Below, in pieces: positions 28,098 to 38,311 of a stretch of DNA of 64,000 nucleotides. Positions within the stretch are counted from its first letter, which is position 1. Each line of letters starts with the position of its first letter. The notes beneath the pieces were generated by a model. The model saw nothing but the letters and a program-made list of their open reading frames with translations. It made no database searches and had not been told where the DNA came from. Source of the stretch: a bacterium (GTDB lineage: Bacteria; Patescibacteriota; Minisyncoccia; Phycocordibacterales; CAIZLB01). A program made the position numbers and the translations under genes. The DNA is taken from positions 142,943-206,942 of the forward strand of contig JBAXXP010000002.1 of assembly GCA_037127815.1 (NCBI GenBank). The letters run 5' to 3'.

Positions 28098-29564
28098 TCA
28101 CACACCTTCAATGTACCTCACGACATCCTCCGCATAGTATGTAGCATCTTCATGCGCCATAAATACTTTGAAGAACCCTAAGGAGTCACCGGCGGTAAGA
28201 ATGGGCTTCTCTCCATCTCTTGCTCCCGCTGTAGACATGAGAGCGTTACAGAGACACACAGTACGTTTTGTGCACTCTATGCAACCGCCTTTACTGACAA
28301 AATTGTCGATAGGTTCAGCAGAACACCTAAATCCAATGCTTCCGTCATCCTTGATATATGCCGTCCTCAGTAGCCCAATATTACAAACGCGCTTGCGCTC
28401 ATTATATACGACTTCTTCAGAAAGCGTTTCAGAGACTCTAGAAACCTTGAATGGAAAACCTGTAGGTGATGCATCGCCATCAGTAAAAGTATCGAGACTA
28501 CCATTGAAGCCCAGCTTTCTAGACTGGCTTTTTAAATCCTCTCGAGTGCCAGATTCCTCACAAAAAGCAAAAGCCGATCCAACTTGGATACCATTTGCTC
28601 CAACACTTTGTGCGTAGCGTAGACCCTGAGGAGAAGCAAGTCCACCAGCAATATAAAATGGAACACCCAAACTTGCTACCCTAGCAAAATCCACAACGTC
28701 ACGTTCCCCATACACAGGTTCCCCACGAGCATTCAGTATTAAGTCCTTTCCGCGAGGTGGAGCGTTATGCCCGCCAGCAGTTGGAGCCTCAATAATAAAT
28801 CCATAGATTTTTCCTGGATATGTTTTATGCAAACGCTCAAGAAGCGTATTGGATGCCACAATAGGTAAAAACAAAGGACGATTCTTGATGTACAGTCTTT
28901 CTCCAAAAAACGAAACACAATCAAACACCAAGTCCACAGTGTTTTTATCGGAACCAGGAACTTTGTCCTGACCAACGACGTAAATTGGATAAGTGATCCT
29001 TTCGCCATTCATAATGTCATCAATGAGCTTTGGCATTTCTTTTGGAATACCAGCACCCATTACAACACCATCAACGTTAGCAAGCATCGCACCCAGTACA
29101 CTGTAAAGATTCGGCATCGGAACTTCATGAAGTAGATTGATAAAGATAGGTTTTGAATGACCTTCCTTCGACAAATCTACAAATACAAAGCTCGCACAAA
29201 TTGTTAAACCCATCAATAAATTTGAGGGTTCGAAGGTATACATCGGGACAGGTTTTTGCTTCTTTCCTTCCTTAATACCACCATCGACAAAATATGCATT
29301 CATAACCATCTCCACAATTTTTGGATATGGAAATCTTTTTAGTGACCTACGATAATCGCCAGTTGGATCACCTTTTTGTAATACATATGCCAACAGGTTG
29401 GCGACCGCAGTAAGTGATACGGTGCCAATTGCACCCGCACGAGCTGCAGCATTTGCAAGTCTCCAACCAGAAACTCCAACCCCCATTCCACCTTGAATGA
29501 TGGGCGGTAGCTTAACTGAATCGGCGCTCACTGATACTAAACTATCATTAGTTTTTGCATTCAT
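28098..29564 (-). CDS. Nitronate monooxygenase / 2-nitropropane dioxygenase family FMN oxidoreductase, long form with a Cys-rich C-terminus
   Basis: PIIQGGMGVGVSGWRLANAAARAGAIGTVS (NMO/enoyl-reductase-like glycine motif). The start is taken at the ATG at 29564, which has a GAAGG Shine-Dalgarno; the caller's 29615 start is GTG. The C-terminus carries C-x-C...C-x-C cysteines. GC is about 45%, against about 35% background. Confidence 0.7.
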   Translation of the reverse strand: MNAKTNDSLVSVSADSVKLPPIIQGGMGVGVSGWRLANAAARAGAIGTVSLTAVANLLAYVLQKGDPTGDYRRSLKRFPYPKIVEMVMNAYFVDGGIKEGKKQKPVPMYTFEPSNLLMGLTICASFVFVDLSKEGHSKPIFINLLHEVPMPNLYSVLGAMLANVDGVVMGAGIPKEMPKLIDDIMNGERITYPIYVVGQDKVPGSDKNTVDLVFDCVSFFGERLYIKNRPLFLPIVASNTLLERLHKTYPGKIYGFIIEAPTAGGHNAPPRGKDLILNARGEPVYGERDVVDFARVASLGVPFYIAGGLASPQGLRYAQSVGANGIQVGSAFAFCEESGTREDLKSQSRKLGFNGSLDTFTDGDASPTGFPFKVSRVSETLSEEVVYNERKRVCNIGLLRTAYIKDDGSIGFRCSAEPIDNFVSKGGCIECTKRTVCLCNALMSTAGARDGEKPILTAGDSLGFFKVFMAHEDATYYAEDVVRYIEGV

Positions 29565-29859
29565 GATTAATAGCCTTCTATTTGTTTGTTGTTGAATTTG
29601 AACGATTTTTAACACCAGTCAATGACCTTTTCTAGGCAAATCATAGCATAAAACGAAAATTCATTCCTTATTTCGACGAACTACTTCTTCTGTTGAATTA
29701 TTTAAAAATACCCTATAAACCTTATTTAAAAAAGCAAAAAACCCGAACCTATAAATAGATCACGGGCTTCTAGAACCTCGGGTTTTCTGCTTAATATAGT
29801 ATATCAGATACTATAATTTTTTGATATAGATTCCCAGTTTAAATAACAAGTAGTCAAAA

Positions 29860-30696
29860 TTACTTGTTATTTTTTAACCAAGACAACACACAATAACCAA
29901 CAAAATTACCCATATCATTATACTTAGGGGCAAAATACATTTCTCCACTCATTGTATGACCTTTTTTGTTCAAAAAAGCCCTACTGTTTATTCTATAAGG
30001 CTGTCCAAGTAATGAGAAATTTTTAAAGATTTTTATAGCCTCTTCTGTATCTCCATCAGTTGTAAAATCAAAAAACTTCTTTCCAACAAACTCATCTTGT
30101 AAGTATCCTGTGATTTTTTCAGCGGACTGACTAACATATTCTATCATTCCATTTTTATCAATATCAAAATATAGATCACAGACATTAGCCATAAACTCCA
30201 AGTCATTTTTTTTAGAAACATTCTCATTCTTTTCCTCATCAATTAATTCAGCAAGCAACAATATTTGTTTATCACTTTCAGTTGGATGATATAATCTTGC
30301 TACTACATTTATTGGAACATTCCTTCCATCCTTAGTTCTATGAGTAGTATCAAATTTTATATAATTGTCGTCGCCCAATAATGAGTCAGTAAAGAAGAAA
30401 CTTTCATCAAGTCTTTTAGATAGAAGTGGATTTATTTCACTAAAGTTTTTCCCTATCAATTCTTCATGTGTGTATCCTAAAAGAAGACAAGCTGATTGAC
30501 TAACGTTTGTAATAACGCCCTTACTATTTCTTATAAGCATATAATGAGTATCATCATCAGCCAATTTTATGCTACCTATTCTATTTATGGTTCCACATTT
30601 CTTACACTTTATCTCAAGTGCACCGTCAAAAAACAGCCCCTTAAGTAGAAGCTTGCCGCATTGGCATCTTTGCTCATTTAAAAATAATTTGTCCAA
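29860..30696 (-). CDS. PAS-domain protein with an N-terminal zinc ribbon
   Basis: CQCGKLL...CKKCG zinc ribbon, then two PAS-like modules (ITNVSQSACLLLGYTHEELIGKNF; IEYVSQSAEKITGYLQDEFVGKKFFDF). A perfect 10-bp hairpin overlaps the stop codon. Confidence 0.65.
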   Translation of the reverse strand: MDKLFLNEQRCQCGKLLLKGLFFDGALEIKCKKCGTINRIGSIKLADDDTHYMLIRNSKGVITNVSQSACLLLGYTHEELIGKNFSEINPLLSKRLDESFFFTDSLLGDDNYIKFDTTHRTKDGRNVPINVVARLYHPTESDKQILLLAELIDEEKNENVSKKNDLEFMANVCDLYFDIDKNGMIEYVSQSAEKITGYLQDEFVGKKFFDFTTDGDTEEAIKIFKNFSLLGQPYRINSRAFLNKKGHTMSGEMYFAPKYNDMGNFVGYCVLSWLKNNK

Positions 30697-30880
30697 AATT
30701 GTATATTTAGAGAAATAAAAATATACTTGAGCTTCTAGAGCTTCTTAGAAAAGTAATACTAACAGTATACATATAAACCATATTTAACACCAGACACACC
30801 AACCTTAAACCACATAAGAAATTGTGTAACAACTTTTGTCAATATCATCTAACATATCAAGCATGAGATAATCAGAACAT

Positions 30881-31774
30881 ATGATAGACACAAGTAAACT
30901 TATCGATTTAGATGAATGCGCTATAAACGCTCTGGATTTATTCAAAAAGAAAGGTATTCCAAAATTGGAAGACATTAGCTTCAATAGACCCATTGTATTA
31001 GGAAGTAGTAATGCCCTAGTAGCTGGAAAAATAATTTTTGAGGATACCGATGCTGTCTTTGCAGATGAGAGTAATTTCATTAAAAAATTAGACACTACAA
31101 AAAATATAGATGGGGCGGTTATATTATCAGCATCAGGAGGAAAACACGCACCGATAATTGCAGAAGAACTTAAGAATAGAAAAATTGAATCAATTCTTTT
31201 CACAAATACAGAAAACTCACAGGCTGGAAGGATTGTTGATCACACATATATCTTTAATAAAAATACAGAACCTTACACATACAATACCTCTACCTATCTT
31301 GGTATGATTTTATCTAAAACAAAAGAAAACCCATCACAAATTATTGAAACGATAGAAAGTATAAAAAATATTATACCCACAGACTTATCTAAGTATAATG
31401 CATATTTTATAATCATCCCAAATGAGTTTGAAAATTTAAGAGAAATGCTTATTACAAAGTTTGACGAGTTATTTGGACCAATGCTTGTAGGTCGAGTCTA
31501 TACCCCAGAACAAACAAAGCACGCAAAGACAGTAACTGAATCTGATACAGAGCTATTTATAAGCCTCGGTTATGAAAATAATTTATTTGGAAAAAATAGA
31601 ATAAATATTCCCCTATCAGAAAAATTTAATTATGGAACATTAATGGCTGTTGCATATTATATTATTGGTCAGATTCAAAAGGCCAATCCACCATATTTCA
31701 AAAATAATATTGAGAGATATATAAAGGAATCTTCTGAGATTTTTCATGAAAAACTGGAGGTGATAGTAAAATAA
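30881..31774 (+). CDS. Hypothetical protein, 297 aa
   Basis: Long ORF with a strong downstream hairpin. There is a possible Rossmann/SIS-like stretch (VILSASGGKHAPIIAEELKNRKIESILFTNTENS), but the family is not assigned. Confidence 0.5.
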   Translation: MIDTSKLIDLDECAINALDLFKKKGIPKLEDISFNRPIVLGSSNALVAGKIIFEDTDAVFADESNFIKKLDTTKNIDGAVILSASGGKHAPIIAEELKNRKIESILFTNTENSQAGRIVDHTYIFNKNTEPYTYNTSTYLGMILSKTKENPSQIIETIESIKNIIPTDLSKYNAYFIIIPNEFENLREMLITKFDELFGPMLVGRVYTPEQTKHAKTVTESDTELFISLGYENNLFGKNRINIPLSEKFNYGTLMAVAYYIIGQIQKANPPYFKNNIERYIKESSEIFHEKLEVIVK

Positions 31775-31810
31775 CAGAATACAAGATATAAAATTAAGGT
31801 AAATTAATTG

Positions 31811-31837
31811 GCCCGCCTGCTTAAGCAGGCGGGCCGT
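31811..31837. terminator. GC-rich hairpin, candidate terminator
   Basis: GGCCCGCCTGC-TTAA-GCAGGCGGGCC lying between convergent genes. The T-run is weak. Confidence 0.5.
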
Positions 31838-31863
31838 GTTTCGAATCATAATCATATTCGTTC

Positions 31864-32244
31864 CTAGAACATGATCAGTGTCCCCACTTTCGCTATCTCA
31901 CTACCAACCACTCGCCGTTCAGAAGTAGCCGAGGCCACTTTCAGATTACGATGATACTCCTTCATTCTGCTGATCAAGACAACGATATAAGGAAGACCAC
32001 TAAGGTAAGGGATCTTGGAGAGACCATCAAAGTCAGCTTCGCCATTAATGCCATTGAGGCAAGTAGGACGGCAGACAAATGAAAATTCCACACCCACATT
32101 GTCAGACTTGAAGCCAGAGCAATTGTCCAGAGTTTTTTGATAACCACGGACACCGTGTCCAGTAGGAGGTCCAAAAACAAACTTCCTCGTATAATGATCA
32201 GATTCCAAATAACCACATTCCGTGCATTGTGTTCCAAAAGCCAT
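31864..32244 (-). CDS. Hypothetical Cys-containing protein
   Basis: 126-aa ORF with GC above background. It is preferred over the overlapping low-complexity ORF 31974..32303. Confidence 0.35.
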   Translation of the reverse strand: MAFGTQCTECGYLESDHYTRKFVFGPPTGHGVRGYQKTLDNCSGFKSDNVGVEFSFVCRPTCLNGINGEADFDGLSKIPYLSGLPYIVVLISRMKEYHRNLKVASATSERRVVGSEIAKVGTLIMF

Positions 32245-32404
32245 GATATCTTGTTTCTACTTGTTGAATTGATGCCTGACAGGCAAACAGTGTCTCGTCT
32301 CAATGAGCCAGAGGTCTAATTCAATATATTACCACGTTTTTCCTAAAACTCAAGACCAATTATTTATATCTTGTTTTTTCAAAAACAAGTGAGATAATTA
32401 ATGC

Positions 32405-32992
32405 ATGAAAGAAAAAAATATTATAATTATCATAATTATTTTTTTATTAGTAATTGCCACACCATTTATATTCAATAAAACAATTATGAAAAATGAAACT
32501 ACCTCATCACCTAATAAGGCTACAACAGAAACACAAGTAAATCTACCAATGGGAATAAGCATATCAAGCTCGGCATTTAGCAATGGAGAAAAGATACCTT
32601 TTAAGTATAGCTGTGATGGAGCCAATACCCCACCACCATTATCGATAAAAAACGTCCCTTCCAAAACTAAGTCCCTTACGATAATTGTCGAGGATCCTGA
32701 CGCACCAAGTGGAACATGGAGTCATTTTTTAATTTGGAATATTGCACCAAATACAACTGAATTAAATGAAGGATTTGGCAAAGAAGGAACTATGGGAGTG
32801 AATAGCTCGGGAAAAATTGCATACCTAGGACCATGCCCACCAAAAGGCCCTACTCATAGATATTTTTTTAAAGTATACGCCCTAGATTCACGTCTTGAAA
32901 TCGAGAAAGGCTCAACAAAAAATATTCTTCTTGAAGCAATGAGAGGGCACATTTTAGATCAATCGGAGATATTTGGAACCTACTCGAGGTAA
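32405..32992 (+). CDS. YbhB/YbcL-family phosphatidylethanolamine-binding protein (PEBP), secreted
   Basis: N-terminal transmembrane/signal segment. FKYSCDGANTPPPLSIKNVP...LTIIVEDPDAP...WSHFLIWNI...YLGPCPPKGPTHRYFFKVYALD matches the bacterial PEBP family. Confidence 0.85.
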   Translation: MKEKNIIIIIIIFLLVIATPFIFNKTIMKNETTSSPNKATTETQVNLPMGISISSSAFSNGEKIPFKYSCDGANTPPPLSIKNVPSKTKSLTIIVEDPDAPSGTWSHFLIWNIAPNTTELNEGFGKEGTMGVNSSGKIAYLGPCPPKGPTHRYFFKVYALDSRLEIEKGSTKNILLEAMRGHILDQSEIFGTYSR

Positions 32993-33002
32993 ATTGCATA
33001 AT

Positions 33003-34496
33003 TTATTCCACCATCACTTTTACGTTTACTCTTTCATTCTTGATTTTTATAAATAATGAAGTAAATGCTCCAACAAAAACTATCGCAGCTGCAATTAGGA
33101 ACACATAATTATAAGCGTTTATCTGGGCCTTCAAAACAACAAGTGACATATACTGTTGAATGGTAGTTGGATTAGTACTATTCAATATACTCATTTGATT
33201 TATAGATAGGATGTTTGTACTGATCCTATTGCTCAAAATCGTACCAAATAACGCGATACCAACAGCTCCAGAAATATTTCTAACAAGTGCGAGTATTGAT
33301 GACGCAATGCCAATTTCATTAAGGTCGACAACTGATGCGACGATATTCGTACGTTGAGCCATACCAAAGCCAAGACCAAAGGCCATCACAGATAATGGAA
33401 CCATTATATCCATCGCTGTTGATTTTGCATCAAGAAAAGAAAGCATAAAAATTCCAATTGACGCTACAATCGTACTCGCGAAAATAATATATCTTGGCTG
33501 TACCTTACCAGTTAATGAACCCCCAAGAGGTGAAGCAATCATCATCGCTGCAGCAAGGGGCATAAATAAATATCCAGATTGACTTGCTGTGTATCCCAAA
33601 AATGTTTGTGCAAATACCGGTATTAAAAATAATCCTCCCATCATACCCATAAACACAACAAAGTTGTTAATAAGTGCATAAACAAAGGCGGGTATCTTAA
33701 AGAATTTCAAATCAACAATAGGCTCTTTTGTTTTCTGTTCGATTTTTATAAATAATCCAAAAAGTGTGACTATTATAAAATATGAAATCATACTTCCTGA
33801 TGAAAGCCATCCCCAATCGTTCCCCTTCTCCAGCACCAAAACCAGAGATGAAAGCATACCCCCAAGAGTCAGTGCTCCCCACCAATCGAAATGTTTTGAT
33901 TTAACTGGAGCAACAGACTCGTTAATAAAATGAAAAGCCATCCAGATTCCTATAATTCCAATCGGTAGGTTAATAAGAAACACGGAACGCCATCCAAAAT
34001 TATCAATAAGTGGACCACCAATAAGCGGGCCAAAAACTGTAGCGGCAGCAAAAGATGATGACCATATACCAAGCGCTTGTGCTCTTTGCTTTCCTTCCTT
34101 GAAGGTTATAGCAATAATAGCCATAGCTGTTGGATAATCAGCGGACCCTGCAATTGCTTGAATGATTCTAAAAACAATCATCGATTGAAGATTCCAAGCA
34201 AGACCAGCCAGTACTGATCCAACAATAAAAATCGAAAATCCTAATATATATATTTTCTTCCTTCCAAGTGAGTCACCAAGCTTTCCCCAGATTGGAACAA
34301 ACACTGCATTTGCAATAATATAAGCTGTGGCAATCCAACCTGCAGACGAGATGGTAAGCCCAAAATCATTAATGATTTTAGGCAAAGCCAAGTTAACAAT
34401 TGTCTGATCAAGACGCCCCAAAAAAGTACCCACTATAACAGTAAGAAGAATCCACCACTGAAGTTTTGTTCTACCTTCCTCCTTATTATTTTGCAT
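33003..34496 (-). CDS. MFS transporter, DHA2 (EmrB/QacA, 14-TMS) family
   Basis: Motif A GKLGDSLGRKK, 14 predicted transmembrane helices, and a multidrug-type operon context. Confidence 0.9.
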   Translation of the reverse strand: MQNNKEEGRTKLQWWILLTVIVGTFLGRLDQTIVNLALPKIINDFGLTISSAGWIATAYIIANAVFVPIWGKLGDSLGRKKIYILGFSIFIVGSVLAGLAWNLQSMIVFRIIQAIAGSADYPTAMAIIAITFKEGKQRAQALGIWSSSFAAATVFGPLIGGPLIDNFGWRSVFLINLPIGIIGIWMAFHFINESVAPVKSKHFDWWGALTLGGMLSSLVLVLEKGNDWGWLSSGSMISYFIIVTLFGLFIKIEQKTKEPIVDLKFFKIPAFVYALINNFVVFMGMMGGLFLIPVFAQTFLGYTASQSGYLFMPLAAAMMIASPLGGSLTGKVQPRYIIFASTIVASIGIFMLSFLDAKSTAMDIMVPLSVMAFGLGFGMAQRTNIVASVVDLNEIGIASSILALVRNISGAVGIALFGTILSNRISTNILSINQMSILNSTNPTTIQQYMSLVVLKAQINAYNYVFLIAAAIVFVGAFTSLFIKIKNERVNVKVMVE

Positions 34497-35127
34497 AAAC
34501 CCTTAATTTTACAGACATACCATTCCTGAATTCTGGATGAAGTAAAATATCATATCTAACTTTTATATTAAATTGTTTTATTTCACGTTTATCAGAAATA
34601 CTAAATAGAGAACCTGATTGATTTGATGTTGGGCTAACCTCATCAACAATACCCATAAATTGTGTACTACCATATGCATCAACGGTAAACACAGCAGTAT
34701 CGCCAACTTTAATTCTAGATAGACCTTTATCTTCATCAATTTTCCCAACCACTCTCAATTGATTAGGATCAATCATTGATACAACTGTAGCTCCTGCCAT
34801 AAACACTTGCCCTGGAGTATTTTGCACATTAATAATTACACCTGCAGTTTTTGCAGAGAGTACTTCTGAACCAACTCGTGCTAATGATTGATTAACAGTA
34901 ACCCTGTCACCCGCCTTAACATAAACCTCTGAAAGAATACCCTCAGCTTCTGGTCCAACATTTATAACTGGAGCAGAAATTTGAGACATATCAATAGAAA
35001 CATAAGCTGAGGTTGATTTCAAATAAAGAAGACCTCCGAGTATACCAAATATTACTATTATACCAGTCACACTTTGAACCAACGGCCTTTTAAAGAAACT
35101 CTTTTTTGTATTGTTAGGATTTTCCAT
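34486..35127 (-). CDS. Short HlyD/EmrA-like membrane-fusion protein
   Basis: Transmembrane helix, a lipoyl-like VYVKAGDRVTVNQSLARVGSEV, and a beta-barrel segment. The start is taken at MENPNN (35127), because the caller's upstream extension simply translates the palindrome (MGSGTMVPDPK). Confidence 0.7.
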   Translation of the reverse strand: MENPNNTKKSFFKRPLVQSVTGIIVIFGILGGLLYLKSTSAYVSIDMSQISAPVINVGPEAEGILSEVYVKAGDRVTVNQSLARVGSEVLSAKTAGVIINVQNTPGQVFMAGATVVSMIDPNQLRVVGKIDEDKGLSRIKVGDTAVFTVDAYGSTQFMGIVDEVSPTSNQSGSLFSISDKREIKQFNIKVRYDILLHPEFRNGMSVKLRVYAK

Positions 35128-35143
35128 ATTTTGTATTTTGATT

Positions 35144-35175
35144 TTGGGGTCAGGCACCATGGTGCCTGACCCCAA
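35144..35175. repeat. Copy 4 of the 32-bp palindromic element (perfect)
   Basis: Lies between two co-directional HlyD-family genes, 16 nt upstream of the 35127 start. Confidence 0.9.
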
Positions 35176-35179
35176 ATGA

Positions 35180-36220
35180 TTATTGTTTTACGATTGTTAG
35201 AAGTGTCTTATTTACAATAGCTGATTCACCAATTTTTAAATGTGAATCAACAAATGATACAACCCCGTCCATTGGAGCGACAATTGTATAATTCTTATAC
35301 GCAGCCAAAGCAATTTCATATGACCCCTGCACAGAATTTATTGTAGCTTGTGCAATATTGGCCTCTGAAGATCCATTCTTACCAAGATTTGCTTCTAGCT
35401 GACTTAATACTTGATTACGAGTTGTTACAGCTAGATCATATGCGTTTCTATTTGCAACGTAGCTAACAGAACGTTTGTTTGGAATGCTTATTACCCACTT
35501 AGTTGAAGCAGAATAATATCCTGATGGAAATTGAATAAATAAACCACATGAACCAAGAGGCTGTGGAGCAAAATATGTTACACTTCCATTACCATCTTCA
35601 AGCCCTGTTACATTAAATGAATAGCCTGATACAACACCCGATGAATAAGGTGCTACAACATATTCACCTTCCTTTTCACAGGTGTACGTCCCACTTATCT
35701 GTGGAATTAAACTATTATCTACTGTTGCATTTTCATTATAATTATCTTTACCTACTGCAATAAGATTACTAGATAACATTGTTCTATAAGCATTTGCAAC
35801 CAGCACATCTTGTTGTTTTTTTGCACTAGCATATTGAACATTCAGTGATGCATACTGTGCTTTCGCAAGCTCAAGTGACCCCCTTGCTTGATTCACCGCA
35901 CCTTTTGCATCATCTGCCTCAAGAGTTGCCAGTACGTCACCTGCTTTTACAATATCTCCAGAACGAACAGTAACTGTAGCGACACGCCCTGCTTTAACAA
36001 AAGCAAGGTTCACTGAGTTACTAGATGTTCCTTCAACTGATATAGCAAGATTTTGATCTAAAGGAAGTACGACGGAAGGAGCATTACCAACATAATTATA
36101 AAGTGACGCTCCGATAATTATTGCAACAACCATTGATGCTGAAATTACAATTTTAGGTTTCTGAAATATGCTGATTATTTTATTTTTCATTTTTTTTGAG
36201 AACTCATGTCGCGTCTCCAT
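35180..36220 (-). CDS. HlyD/EmrA-family membrane-fusion protein
   Basis: Transmembrane helix, a lipoyl half-motif VRSGDIVKAGDVLATLE, a coiled coil, and a C-terminal beta-barrel IVAPMDGVVSFV. Confidence 0.8.
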   Translation of the reverse strand: METRHEFSKKMKNKIISIFQKPKIVISASMVVAIIIGASLYNYVGNAPSVVLPLDQNLAISVEGTSSNSVNLAFVKAGRVATVTVRSGDIVKAGDVLATLEADDAKGAVNQARGSLELAKAQYASLNVQYASAKKQQDVLVANAYRTMLSSNLIAVGKDNYNENATVDNSLIPQISGTYTCEKEGEYVVAPYSSGVVSGYSFNVTGLEDGNGSVTYFAPQPLGSCGLFIQFPSGYYSASTKWVISIPNKRSVSYVANRNAYDLAVTTRNQVLSQLEANLGKNGSSEANIAQATINSVQGSYEIALAAYKNYTIVAPMDGVVSFVDSHLKIGESAIVNKTLLTIVKQ

Positions 36221-36243
36221 CCTTTTGGCGCAACACTGATTAA

Positions 36244-36693
36244 TTAATTAATTTTATTAAGAATAACTGTAAGCTGTTTTTTTTCTTCTTCTGTAAGGGG
36301 TACCAACATTTCCCTAATAATTCCAACCTTTATATCCTTAAACATAGAAAACAATTTTATTGTCTTTGGAGTTGCTGAAATAAGAATCCCTCGTCTATCC
36401 TTAGGGTCGCTTTTTCGATTAACTAACTTTTTTTCATAAAGTGTTTCAATCAAAGATGTAGCAGATGGTGCTGTAACATCCAAATGAGAAGCTATGCTCT
36501 TCATTGTGGGGTTTTTATTCTCTATTACAAACCTAAGAATCTCAAGCTGGGAAATCGTAAAATGAAGATTATCAGCCTCTTTTCTTAAACCAATAACAAA
36601 TTTCTTGTGAAATTTCATGAAAGCATCCTGAAGCTCATTTTCCATTACAACCTTTGTTACAGCCTTTTTTTTGTTATTTTGGGTTAATTTCAT
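36244..36693 (-). CDS. MarR-family transcriptional regulator
   Basis: Winged-HTH ISQLEILRFVIENKNPTMKSIASHLDVTAPSATSLIETLYEKKLVNRKSDPKDRRG. It is the first gene of the efflux operon. Confidence 0.8.
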   Translation of the reverse strand: MKLTQNNKKKAVTKVVMENELQDAFMKFHKKFVIGLRKEADNLHFTISQLEILRFVIENKNPTMKSIASHLDVTAPSATSLIETLYEKKLVNRKSDPKDRRGILISATPKTIKLFSMFKDIKVGIIREMLVPLTEEEKKQLTVILNKIN

Positions 36694-36810
36694 GTATTAT
36701 ACTTAGCCAAATTAAATGTTAGACAAACTAAGTATATATTAATCACAAAAAAAAGCCACCGAGTCTCAGGCTTTATGGTGACCAACCCCATATCTTAATG
36801 GTAAATCAAA

Positions 36811-37674
36811 CTAGAAAAACTCCCCCTGAAAACCTTCCGATTTCTCCATAGAAAAATCCTTTCTAATTAGTACATATTCAAAATCATAAAGTGGGGCCAA
36901 CATACTTGCGTCAACAAAGAACAAACATGTAGCCAGTGCATCAGCAATCATGGCAGTTTTTGCAGTCACCCAAATTGCAATAATTTCATCTGAAGATTCT
37001 AATGTTTTTGGATTCATTATATGATTATATTTTCCCCAAGACCTTCTGTTACCTGATGATCCGCAGATACTTCCATTTTGTAATGTACAAACACCAATAA
37101 CCTGATCTAAGTTTTTTGGATTCTCTAAGCCCACCCTAATTGTATTTTTACCTTTATGCAAAATGTCTCCACCAGCATCAATACAATACTCGTCAACACC
37201 TTCGCTATTTAGTAACTCCCCTATTATGTCTACAATATAACCCTTACCTGCCGCTCCAAAATCAAGCATCACAGATTTCTTAACCGTAAGTTTTGGATGA
37301 GAATACTCAAATACGTCATTCCATTCTGGAGGCACACTCAATTCATCCTTAGGCTGTAAAGAATAATTAGAGTCATACCCCGCATCAGATAAAAGATTAC
37401 CCATAAATGGAGAAAAGAAACCGTTTGTCAGATTATAAAGCTCGTGATATATAGACATCATCTTCTCAGCATCTTCTGGTAACCCATATTCCCCTACCTG
37501 TTTGGAAATTTTTGTTACAATAGAATCCTCTCTAAATCTTGAATAATTACTCTCAAAAACTTCTATTCTATTTTTTATAATCAAAAGGAGCTCCTCTTCC
37601 TTTTGAGAATCGAGCTCCTTATATATATCTATCTGCCATGTTGTACCTATCGCTTTAAAATTAAATTGAGTCAT
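36811..37674 (-). CDS. apbE: FAD:protein FMN transferase (ApbE/Ftp family)
   Basis: MTQFNFKAIGTTWQIDIY (compare MGT.W), DFGAAGKGYIVD, and IDAGGDI motifs. Confidence 0.85.
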   Translation of the reverse strand: MTQFNFKAIGTTWQIDIYKELDSQKEEELLLIIKNRIEVFESNYSRFREDSIVTKISKQVGEYGLPEDAEKMMSIYHELYNLTNGFFSPFMGNLLSDAGYDSNYSLQPKDELSVPPEWNDVFEYSHPKLTVKKSVMLDFGAAGKGYIVDIIGELLNSEGVDEYCIDAGGDILHKGKNTIRVGLENPKNLDQVIGVCTLQNGSICGSSGNRRSWGKYNHIMNPKTLESSDEIIAIWVTAKTAMIADALATCLFFVDASMLAPLYDFEYVLIRKDFSMEKSEGFQGEFF

Positions 37675-37703
37675 AAATTTCCGTCAATTCAGTATAACGC
37701 TAA

Positions 37704-38288
37704 TTATGCAGCTGCTTGTGTCTTTATACTAGACAAAGCTTTATTGAAGCCTTCAGGTGTTAGAGATGAACCGGAGACTTTTGATAACTTAAGGTCTGCA
37801 ATATTTTTTCCAATCACATACTGTTTATATCCAGAAATAAATTTCTCTTGATACCTTACAGATGTTCTATCTCCTGAGACTGATGTTACATTTGAGTCAG
37901 TAATTATATTATTTGCGATTGTAAGACTAACCCTTATTGTCACATCTCCATCTGGTGTTCCATAAGTACCATCGGCAGTGTATGTTCCATTCTTGTAATT
38001 ATTTGTAGACACACCCTTCTTTGTAGTACCAACCTGCGTTGTTACTACTGCTGGGATGGTGTTGGATGGAGCCTGCGTATTATCATCATCAGACTCAGAA
38101 TCATCTGAAGTCTGATTATTTGCAACTACATTATTTGATACCTCCGATGTACTTTGCTGTGTTGATGTGTCAACAGCTACATTTGAAGAGGTTTTTTCCT
38201 GCGAATATGTGACTATTACAACAGCAAGTACAGCAACGACACCCAGTAATATTCCGTTTTTTTTATACAATTGATTATTTGAATTCAT
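37704..38288 (-). CDS. Secreted FMN-binding-domain protein, probable ApbE flavinylation substrate
   Basis: Signal/transmembrane segment, a Ser/Asp-rich linker, and a C-terminal FMN_bind-like domain (YKNGTYTADGTYGTPDGDVTIRVSLTIANNIITD...GSSLTPEGFNKAL) containing the flavinylated-Thr-type motif context (D-G-x-S/T). Confidence 0.65.
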   Translation of the reverse strand: MNSNNQLYKKNGILLGVVAVLAVVIVTYSQEKTSSNVAVDTSTQQSTSEVSNNVVANNQTSDDSESDDDNTQAPSNTIPAVVTTQVGTTKKGVSTNNYKNGTYTADGTYGTPDGDVTIRVSLTIANNIITDSNVTSVSGDRTSVRYQEKFISGYKQYVIGKNIADLKLSKVSGSSLTPEGFNKALSSIKTQAAA

Positions 38289-38311
38289 TATTTTGTTTTA
38301 TATTTAAACTT

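Noticed and set aside
31974-32303. 109-aa minus-strand ORF
   Set aside because: Its translation is low-complexity and hydrophobic, and it overlaps 31864..32244 in another frame. It is treated as spurious.
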